DNA of 64,000 bases from Myxococcota bacterium (GTDB taxonomy: Bacteria > Myxococcota_A > SURF-8): contig CAXXQS010000001.1 of assembly GCA_963674735.2 (NCBI GenBank), positions 1,280,001-1,344,000 of the forward strand. Reading direction: 5' to 3'. Below, piece by piece: positions 28,731 through 39,500 of this stretch. Position 1 is the first letter of the stretch. The number at the start of each line of letters is the position of its first letter. Below the pieces are notes generated by a model, which was not told the DNA's origin, did not search any database, and saw nothing but the letters and a program-made list of their open reading frames with translations. The position numbers and the translations under genes were made by a program.

Positions 28731-30344
28731 ATGATCGAGCACGAAAATCAAACTACCACTCAAAATCGGTCTGAAGAATTGTCCGATTGGCGATGTTTGG
28801 TGGTGCTGGTCGTTGGCGGCTTGATTTTACGACTTCTTCTGCTTCCTTTTGCCGATCACATCGGGGGCGACGCAACCGACCGGACATTCTGGGCTTGGGA
28901 GTGGGCCGAGAACCCGACGTGGCTGTTTTCGGGAACCTGGGGACCGTTTTACGTCTATCTGTTCGGTCCGCTCTTACGAATATTCGGTCACCCGCTGACA
29001 ACGCCGATCATGGTCAACGCCTTACTAGGGTCGCTGACGGCCATTCCGGTTTACCTGTGGGCTCGGTTATCCTTCACGCGAAGCTGGGCCTGGTTCGCAT
29101 CTGCCGTCGTTTTGCTTTTCCCCCTTGCCTTTCATAGCAGCCTGACCGCTCTCTCCGGCACCCCGTTCGTGTTTTTCGTGGCTTGGGCGATGTATTTTCT
29201 GGCAAGGGCTATGAAACGCGATGGGCGTCTGTTCGATGCGTTGGCTTCCGGCTTTTGCATGACACTCGCATCCGGTCTGCGTTACGAAGCCTGGCCTTTG
29301 ATGGCATTGCTGGCGCTGATGATCATCCGAAAACCCCGATTGTTTTTGGCTTTCTGCCTGGCAGCCGGGGTACATCCGCTGGCGTGGATGATCGGTTGCT
29401 GGTTTGAGCAAGGGGATTTTTTATACAGCGTGAACGCGGCGAAAGCTTTTCAACTGACCGCTTTAAATGCTAATCAATCCGTGAGCTTAGGCGTGTTGGC
29501 TTATCGCCTTGCCTACTTTCCCGCCGCTTTCTTTTTCGGATTTACACCTCTTGCCGCCTTCACGACCTTTGTCGGGATGGGGGTTGCCATTCGCCGAAAG
29601 AGTGCGCTTCGTGTGTGGTTGTTACCGGCTTTAGGTATGATGGCTGTTTACATGATTCGTGCTCTGGATGCCTCTTTGATGACACGACCGCGGTTTTTGG
29701 TCCTAATCGGTGTTTTAGTTGCTCCATTTGCGGCACTTGGGATGCGCGCTATCGCGGAAAAGTCGCGTCGAGGGCGCGTTGTGGCCATCGCCATTTTACT
29801 GAGTATGCTACCGCTCTCTTATCTGGAGTTCAAACCGGCACCCGCGCTGGGTGTTATAAATAAAATCATTCCAAATCAGATCGAGGCGATTCCTCGCATG
29901 GCCATTATCGAAGGTTTCAGTCCTGTCATGCAATTGGACCGTCTTCGATTGAGGCTGCGAGAGGCTGCGCAAAAAGAAGGGGCGGCCATTCTCGATTTCA
30001 TCGGAGCTTCGGAAAGCGGTTATTTAGCGATACATACGCAGCTACATCCCCGAAATCTCTATCGATCCTATGGATATACAGCAGAGAACCCCGCCGCCTT
30101 AGCCTTGTTTGTCCACGACCACCCAATTGGTGTACTGATGCTCTACCCCGGTTCACCGTTATCGCGAGTTTTACGTGTCGACCACACGAGTGGACGCCTT
30201 TTCATCCGTGACCAACCTATCTGGATTGACATCGATTTTATCGAATCCATCGAGCGCGTTTCTTTGTATCGATATCGATTGAACGAGAATAATCCACGCA
30301 AGACATCCCCCATCCCCGAACTCGACCTGCCACCTGTGGAATGA
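28731..30344 (+). CDS. ArnT/PMT-family (GT-C) membrane glycosyltransferase
   Basis: Multiple TM helices; first loop GGDA..R...WGPFY; LRYEAW and PRF motifs typical of PMT_2-like proteins. Confidence 0.75.
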   Translation: MIEHENQTTTQNRSEELSDWRCLVVLVVGGLILRLLLLPFADHIGGDATDRTFWAWEWAENPTWLFSGTWGPFYVYLFGPLLRIFGHPLTTPIMVNALLGSLTAIPVYLWARLSFTRSWAWFASAVVLLFPLAFHSSLTALSGTPFVFFVAWAMYFLARAMKRDGRLFDALASGFCMTLASGLRYEAWPLMALLALMIIRKPRLFLAFCLAAGVHPLAWMIGCWFEQGDFLYSVNAAKAFQLTALNANQSVSLGVLAYRLAYFPAAFFFGFTPLAAFTTFVGMGVAIRRKSALRVWLLPALGMMAVYMIRALDASLMTRPRFLVLIGVLVAPFAALGMRAIAEKSRRGRVVAIAILLSMLPLSYLEFKPAPALGVINKIIPNQIEAIPRMAIIEGFSPVMQLDRLRLRLREAAQKEGAAILDFIGASESGYLAIHTQLHPRNLYRSYGYTAENPAALALFVHDHPIGVLMLYPGSPLSRVLRVDHTSGRLFIRDQPIWIDIDFIESIERVSLYRYRLNENNPRKTSPIPELDLPPVE

Positions 30345-30523
30345 CGCGTGCCACTTTCTCTGCCGGCAAGTCGGCAATAGCTCGCCCTATCAAATCGTTT
30401 GCCATCACTGAACTTGACTTTCCGGGTAAAAGCGGAGATTAATAAGGATCACTGGAAGAAACGATACACTCACGACATGCAGTAATGGCCGGATAGCGAT
30501 CCGGTAAAGTGGAGGGTGCGCTC

Positions 30524-33500
30524 ATGGACGCGAGAGTCTTTAGCTGCAATACAGTCAAGTCTTTATTGCTGGTTTTAATTGTTGTCGCAATGGGGATCGC
30601 GTGTGGCGACACCGGTTCGATCACAAGCGACCCGGATGGCGATTTCGAGAGCGGTGAAATCGGCGAAGGTTGCGCCAGCGATGAAGAATGCGGTGACGGC
30701 AAGGTTTGTCATGGCGGACAGTGTCTCGCTCCTGAAGAAAGTCCGTGTATCGATGGGGGACTATGTCTGTACGACAGCGACTGCGGGGAAGGGCGGATCT
30801 GCAACGATCTATGCGCCTGTACGGGAGAAGACGGCGACCTCGATGATGAAGGGGGTCGCGATAGCGATACGGAGTTCTTGCCCGACGATTGCGAGAGAGG
30901 GGCGCAAATCAGCGCCGAAGTCGAGTTGGACTTTGGGTTTGTACCTTACGGTACGGAAGCCCTTGAAAGTCTGCATATAACCAGCCTGTGCGCGGATGTA
31001 CCGCTTAACATTACTCACGTCGAAATCGTTTCAACCAGTACGGAATTTCGTTTCGCTGACGAAAATACATGGCCGCAAACTCTCGATAGTCTCAACGATG
31101 TACTGAAACTGGATATCATCTATCAGCCTCAAAATGCCGGGGTCGACGAAGGCGAGATCATCATCAGTTCCAACGACCCGGACGGCGTGTACCATGTCAG
31201 TTTGGTCACGCATTACAAGGGCACCGTGGACATCGATGTTTCTCCGGCATCAATCGACTTCCGCGATGTGGTAGTGGGAGATCCGGCCAGCGAAAAAACG
31301 TTGATCGTAAAAAATCTGCCCGGAGAACAACAGGATAACGCCGTCTTACGTATTAACGATGTTTACTTCGAATCAGGATCATCCGTTGTTTTCGACATCA
31401 GCGAATTGGAGCTTCCGTTTTATCTCGGACAGGGCCAACAAACGGAATTGACCGTTGCTTGTCAGCCTCCGAGTGCCGGTGAATTTTCCGACAAGTTGGT
31501 TTTTGAAAGCAACGATCCGGACGAGCCGAGCCTATCGGTCGAATTGCTTTGCAAAGGTGTTGAGCCGATTTTAGCCGTGGAAGTATTGGACGATCAAAAC
31601 CGGCTGGATTTTGGATTGCAGCGGGTGGCGGTGCCGGTCAGTGTCGATCTGACCTTGTCGAATGCGGGCGGGGGAATCTTGACCGTCCAGGTGCCGCAGT
31701 TGGTGGCGGGATTGTCGGACGCTTTCAGCATCGATACCAGCGCCTTCAATGGGGCCGAACAGCAGTTACAGGCGGGAGAAAACGTGATTTTACCGGTGAC
31801 GTTCAATGGCCTAACGGCTGGAGAGTATACCGGGCAGATCAGCATCGACAGCGATACAAACGGTGCGCAAACCTTCATCGTGAATTTACTGGGCCGCTCT
31901 GTTGCCTCCGCTGTGGGAGCCGATCCGGAACAACTGGATTTCGGACCGTTACGTGTGGGGCAGCAATATACGTTGACCCTGGCCTTGGTTAACGAGGGAG
32001 AATTGCCGGTAACGCTGCAAAGTATCGGTTGGTTCGAACCCCCGGCAGTCTTTTCGCTGGGAGTCGATGACGTCTTGGTTGATGTCGTATTGGCTCCGGG
32101 TGAACGCCACGAGCTGCACATTACCTTTGCACCCACCCAGAGAGCGACTTACCAGAGTCGCATCCATTTCACCACCGACGACGCAGTGATGCAGGCGGGT
32201 GATGTAATCGTAACCGGCGTCGGAATCGCCCCGGTCATTCAAGTCGAGGAAATCGGAAATCCCGACTACAACGGTCTACTTGATTTCGGCGAAGTCCGTT
32301 TAGACCATCCTGCTACTCGAACTTTGAGATTGACGAATGTCGGCGATGCTGTCTTGGCCTTGGCGTCGGCGAATCTCACAGTGAACACCGATGACCAGGA
32401 ATTCTCGATCGATTATTTGCATGATATCCTTCTCGCGCCGAATCAGAATGTTTCTTTAGGGGTCGGCTATGCGCCGGTAGGATTGCCGGGACAGGATCAA
32501 GGACAGCTCAAGCTGTTTTCCGACGATCCTTTTACACCTGAAAAAGTAATCGGATTAAGCGGACTTGCAACCGACCAGCGTCTCATCATTTCGCCTATGC
32601 CCGCTTTGGAATTTCGCGACACGCATTTTGCTGCCCATAGTACCGAAACGGTGCGCCTTTTTAACGGTGGCTATATCGGTGTGCTGCTTGTGACGGATCT
32701 TTTAATAACTGAGGGGGACACTGTTTTTCGGCTCGAACCGTTGGCGCAGCAGTTGCCTTTCGAGCTCTACCCCGAAAGCCAGAATTCGCTGGCGGTAGAG
32801 GTGACGTTTGTGCCGATTGCGACCGGAACACGTGAACCGCCACCGGAGGATTTCTCCGGGATGCTGCGCATTTCCGCGAATTCGTATCTTGGTGATTATA
32901 CGGATTATCCGCTTTTAGGTAGCGGGATTCCCTGCCCGGACGGTTATTGGGATCTGGATGACAACCCGGAGGACTGTGAATACCGCTGTGACCTGACCAA
33001 TGGCGGAGTCGAGATGTGCGACAACAAGGATAACGACTGCAACAATATCATCGATGATGGCGACAATGTTACTTACAACTGCAACCCACCCGACAACGCC
33101 ACGGCGATCTGTCCGCATGGAGCCTGTGATTTCGTCTGTAACGAAAGCTATCATCGTTGCGGCGACCTCTGCTATGCAGACGACGATCCCGAGCATTGCG
33201 GACAAGGCTGTATCGAATGCCAAAATGACAGTTTCGACTGCACCTATGTGGTTTGCGAAGAGGGTCTTTGCGGACAGGCTATCGGAGAGGATTACTGCCT
33301 GATCGATTTTGCCTGTTACGATTATCGCGGTGAAAATCCCGAAAACGAGTGTCAGATTTGTTTGCCGTTCTACAATCAAACAAACTGGAGCAACAAGGAG
33401 AACGACGCGACTTGCGACGATGATTTGTTCTGCACCATCGACGACAGTTGTCAGGAAGGCGCTTGCACCGGTGGTGGCGAGCGCGATTGCTCGGAAGCGA

Positions 33501-36500
33501 TAACGCAGGCGGAGTGTCAGAGTCCGGTATGCAACGAAGAAGAAGATGCTTGCGAGACGACGGCCGCCAATGAGGGGGCGGATTGCATGTTGGGTGAGGC
33601 GGGCGACGGTTGGCACGAAACCGGCGACGCCGGTCCGGGCTGCCGGGAGATGGACGATTCGGTAGCCGAGCGCCGCGATTATGCCTGTGCGGAAGGGACC
33701 TGCGAATTCTCCGTGCTCGAAACCTTGAACTGCAACAGCCAGGACGGCTATTACGGCGGTGGAAATGATGCCGGATGCGGATTAGATCCGGAAAGTCTGC
33801 AGCGGGATTATTATGCCAACGCGCATGGCGAATGCGTCTATACCACCGAGCAGTGCGAGGTGAAAACCTGTGATGAAATCGACATCTGCGAGGATGTCTG
33901 TTATGGATCTACAATCCATCACTTCAAAGACGGATATGTGGTCGAAGACTCGGCCGATTGCATAGAAATATGGGGCTCCATCGTACAGGATTGCGCGATG
34001 AAGGATTCGATCGACAGCGACGAATCGGAGTATGACTATATCACGCCTGGAACGGTGACCGACTACATCGGTTGTGCGGGGGGCGACTGCACCACCCAGC
34101 AATATCTCGATACCTGTCAGCCCGGTACGACGATCATCAACGAGTACGGTGCAAACGGTGTAGGCGTCAGCGGTCCGAACAGCTATGATTGTCAGAGTTT
34201 CGAATCCGTTTTCTGCGTTGCAGATCGCTATCGCTATCGCAGTGAATGGACCTGCTCCGGTAGTCCGGGCTATTGCCACGATAGCGGGGTGGATACCCTG
34301 GAGACCGATTGCGGTTTCGATGCCTGCGAAGGAACCTGCGGGAGCATGCGTAACGGTTGCAATTATCACGAACGTGGTTGCGATGATGGAAGTTGCCTGG
34401 ATGACGTGCATGGGGCCGACGACGCACAGAACTACTGCGAAATCTGCGGCTTGTCCTGGGCGATCGGAGGGGCGGTATCGGTAGACGATTGCTGTGGTGA
34501 TGATGAACATGAATTCGCAATCAATTGCAACGACAGCAGCAACAATGGATCATGCGGGACCGATCTCAAGGGTTGTTGTTCCGCAGCGAGTGATTGCCTG
34601 GACCACGAGGGCCAATGTGCCGATGGCGGTCTGTGCCACGTCTTCGGTGATGGCGGCCTGAAATCCTATTGCGATGCGGGTGTGTGGGGCGATCCCGACG
34701 AAGACTCCGTTTATTGTGCCGCCGACGGCTGTGGCTTCGATTGGATGGACAATCCGGCTGGGACCAACAACCGCTGTTGCGGCGACGATCCCGGCGAAGA
34801 TATCGAGCAGGTGCAAGGGGCTGACCGCATCTGTTGCTATAACGGAACGGGCCTCGACAGCGGGACTTCGGAAGGATCGATTCTGTGTCTCGATGGTTGG
34901 CTGTATGATTGCAACGGTGCAGCCGACGATCATAGCGGCTTGGCGATGGACAAACAAACCTGTGATGCCGTGGGAGATTGGTACTGCGGATCGTCCGATA
35001 CCTGGTCTCCGACACGTGAAAACAATTGCGCCTGCGAAGACGACCTCGAATGCGGTTCGGGTTATTGCAAGCCGGATTACGACGGGGTGGGTGATTGGTG
35101 TGCCGACGTGGATCAATGCGTCCATAACGGGCGGGCCTATGTTGAAGATGAGTACTCGGTGGACTGTTACAACAGCGGAGGACGGGCGGTTTGCCGCTCC
35201 GGCAATTGGCTTGAAGAGAGTTGTGGAACGGATACGACCTGTGCCGACCATGCCTGTTCGGACGGAACTTGCGGCGTGACACTTCCCGGACCCGAAACGC
35301 TGTGCAATGCCGCCTTTGCCTGCGTAGCCGGTGAGGGCGATGGGTTGTACGGAGTCCCCGGCGAGGCGCGTTGCCAGGGCTATTGCGATGCGGCGGGCCA
35401 CTGTGACTATGCGGGGAACTGCCAGGACTGCACCACACAGGATGGCTGGTACAATACCGGTGATAGCGGTCCCGGATGCAGCGATATGCAGGATCTTGAC
35501 GGTGAGCGCCGCGACTACTACTGTGCCGACATCGGATGTCAGTACACGGTTACGGCAACCATGTCTTGCAACGATCAGGATGGCTATTACGGAGGTGGAA
35601 ACACGCCCGGTTGTGGGATTGATGCGGTCAGTCAACGGCGCGATTACTACGTGACCGAAAACGGAACCTGTGCGTATACGACTACGAATTGCGAAACCGT
35701 CAGTTGTGACGGACAAGATGTGTGCGCGTCCGTGTGTGACGGAACGTCGGTGGTGGAATCGCGCGACTACTACGTGACCGAAAACGGAACCGACTGCCTG
35801 TCGGTGGATGGCGCACTCGATCAGGATTGTTTGGAATTACTATCAGACGATACGGATGGCTCGTCAACCGCCTATACCGATCCCGGCATCGTAACCGATT
35901 ACGACGATTGCAGCGGGGGAGCCTGCGTCGCCAGTAGCTATCGAGACGCCTGCTTGACGGATACGGTGTTGTTGGAATATGCCGCGGACGGTACCGGTTT
36001 TGCCGGACCCTTCAACTACGATTGTCAGACACTCGAAACGCTTTTCTGCGATGGCGATCGCTATCTCAAACGCAACGAATGGAACTGCTCGGGCAATCCG
36101 GGGCGTTGCGGCGATAGCGGCTTTGATTCGCTGGAAACTGATTGCGGGGTCGATACTTGTCTGGGAAGCTGCGGGAACGGAATCAACGGCTGCGGTTACC
36201 ATCTGCGCGGATGCGCTGCCGATGCCTGCTTCGACACGGTTCTGGACGTGGATAGCGCACAGAACGTCTGCGAAGGATGCGGGCTGGATTGGTCGATAGG
36301 AGGCGATGTGGCGGCTGCGACATGCTGCGGCGATGACTCGGGTGAGCACGCACGTGGGTGTTTCTCCAGCTCGAATAACGGAAGTTGTGGAGCGGATGCA
36401 GAGGCCTGCTGCGGGACATCCGACGATTGCGTCGATCATGACGGTTTGTGTACCGATTCGCTTAGCTGTCATTTGTTTGGAAGTGGTGGCAAGCTTTCGT

Positions 36501-39500
36501 ACTGTGAGGACGGAATCTGGCAGGATCCGGACGAAAATGAAGACTATTGCACGGCTTCCGGTTGTTCGTTCGTGTGGATGTCCGGACAGATCGACATCAA
36601 CAAATGTTGCGGCGATGATCCCGGCGAAGATTTCGAGCAGCAGGAAGCGGCCGATAGAAGCTGCTGCTACAATAGCGCCGAACTGGCAAGCAATGCCTCA
36701 CAAAGCTCCCTGATTTGTTTCGATGGTTTGCTTTACGATTGCAACGGCGCGGCGGACGACGACAGCGGGTTGTCGGCGCACGTGGCGGTTTGCGACAACG
36801 TGGGGGACTTCTACTGCTCCAACAGCGATGACTGGTTGGATGGCCTGGACAACGGCTGTCCATGCGTTGATGATGAAGACTGCGTCTCGGGCTTCTGCAA
36901 GTCCAACCCCGAGGGAACCGCCAGTTGGTGCGCAAGCGAAACCCAGTGTGTCTACCTCGGCGGATTCTACGACGATGGCGAATATTCGCCCGATTGCTTT
37001 GATTCGGGGAGCCGTGCCCGCTGCAATAACGGCACCTGGGTAGAGGAAAGTTGCGGAGATGACAGCGCCTGCACCGATTACTATTGTTCGGGTGGTGCAT
37101 GCGGAGCCACGCACTTTAGTTCGACGGTTCAGTGCAACAGCGATTGGGCCTGTTCGAGCGGGTCGGGTGACAACGCCTATGGAGCCACCGGCGGGTATCT
37201 GTGTCGCGGCTATTGCGATGGAGCAGGCAACTGCGATTACGCGTCGGATTGCAGCGATTGCAACATTCAGGACGGCTGGCACAATACCGGCGACAGCGGC
37301 CCCGGCTGCGGTTCCTTGGATGATCCCATGGGAGAGTTGCGCGATTACTATTGTTCGTCGGGCGCCTGCGGGTATGGGGTGACCGATACGCTCGACTGCG
37401 ATGATCTCGATGGTTATTACGGTGGGGGTGATACCGCCGGATGCGGCGACGACCCCTCCGCGACTCAACGGGATTACTATGTGTCGAGTGGCGGCAGCTG
37501 CGTGTACACCACTCAGAGCTGTGCAACCCTCGATTGCGACGGCCAGGATGCCTGCTCGGGGTCGTGCAACGGCAGTATTGTCGCGTCTTACCAGGATTTC
37601 TATGTCGCCTATAACTCCGATACCTGTGCCTATTCACTGGGTGGGGACGGCGAAGATTGCGCGACGAAAGCCTCGATTGACAGCGACGGCGCGGCCAATG
37701 CCTTTACCATCGGTGGCAGCGTGACCGATTATGTCGGGTGTGCTGGCGGGGCCTGTACGTCGCAGAGTTTCGCCGATGTTTGCGAATCCGCCACGACATT
37801 GCGGGAATATGGTGCCAGCGGCAGTGGCACGAGTAGTCAGGTCGCTGATTGTGAAAACAACGAAACCACGTTCTGTCAGGATAACCGCTATCGTTACCGA
37901 AACGAATGGGAGTGCAAAGGTGCGCCCGCCTACTGCGGCGATAGCGGCTACGATACCCTCGTGCAGGATTGCGGCACGGGTACCTGCCTGGGAGTCTGCG
38001 GCAGTGGCCCCGATGGCTGCACGTATCATGAGCGTGGCTGTTCGGGGACGGATTGCTACGACCTGATTCGACCCGGCGATGACGGACAATCCTACTGCAC
38101 CGGTTGCGGATTGTCGTGGAATCTCGGGGGCGAAGTGGCCGCATCCACTTGTTGCGGCGATGATGCGGGCGAGAATAGTCGCACCTGCTCCGATGATTCG
38201 GCCAATGGTGATTGCGGTGTCGACATGCTGGCCTGCTGCGGAGCCGCCAGCGATTGTGTGGATCACAACGGAGCCTGCGCCGACTCGGGAAGTTGCCACG
38301 GCTTTGGCTCGGCTGCGCTCAAGTCCTATTGCTCGAACGGAACCTGGCAGGATCCCGACGAATCCAGCACCTATTGCGCGGCGACCGGCTGCGGGTATGC
38401 GTGGCTGGCCAACGTCGGCAGCGGCAACCGCTGTTGCGGGGATGATGGCGCGGAAGATATCGAGCAGACGGCCGGAACGGCCCGGAGTTGCTGCTACAAC
38501 GGTCTCCAATTGGCCAGCGGTGCGACGAGCGGATCGGTGCAGTGTTACAACGGTCAGCTCTACGACTGCAACGGAGCGGCGAACGACGACAGCGACTTGT
38601 CCACCCATTCCAGCACCTGCGGAAAGGTGGGGAGCCTCTACTGCACCAGCGCCAACACCTGGGCATCCAAGCTCGAAAACGGGTGCGGTTGCCTCACGGG
38701 GAGCAATTGCCAGAGCAGCTATTGCAAGAACGACTATGACGGAAGCGGGGCCTGGTGCGCCAACAGTTCTCAGTGCGCACACAATGCCGCCATTTACAGT
38801 AGCGGACAAAAAGCTCCCGATTGCGTGAATGCCGGTGCGGAACGTCTGTGCGCCAACGGAAGCTGGTCGTCCCAGTCCTGCGGCAGCGATACCACCTGTT
38901 CCGATTACGCCTGCTCGTCGGGCTCTTGCGGTGTCACCCATTACAACAACAGCACGCAATGCGATACCACCTATCGCTGTTCGAGCGGGACCGGAAACAA
39001 CCATTACGCAGTGGGGGGCGACTACTTGTGCCGGGGTTATTGCGATGGCGCGGGCGCGTGCGATTATGCCGACAGTTGCGATAACTGCGGCGACAATTTC
39101 TCACACGCGAGTGGAACCTGCTCGTCCAACAGTTGCACCATGGGAAGCTGCTTGACCGGCTATGCCGATTGCGCCGGGGGTACGGCGGATGGCTGTGAAG
39201 TCAACCTGAATGACGGCGGCGGCAATTGCTCGGATGGCGCCAGTTTGGGTAACCTGTGCGGCGATAAGTACAAGGGCTTCCTCTGTCCCTCATCTTGCGA
39301 ACATAAATCGGAGCAGGACCGTAGCGGTTATGGTGAACGCTGGTTCAAAATCTATATCGAGGAATGCTCGATCTGCATTTCAGATGTCAAAATACGGGTG
39401 CGGCTGCAATCTCCGGCCGGGATGGATTACGATCTCCACCTCTACGAACCTTGCGGGACGGAACGCGCATCCTCGACCAACGGGGCCGGGCAGTTGGACG

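Noticed and set aside
33605-39090. Diversity-generating retroelement or CRISPR interpretation of the long repeats
   Set aside because: The repeats are in-frame, diverged at all bases rather than only adenines, and no reverse transcriptase, cas gene or spacer pattern is present.
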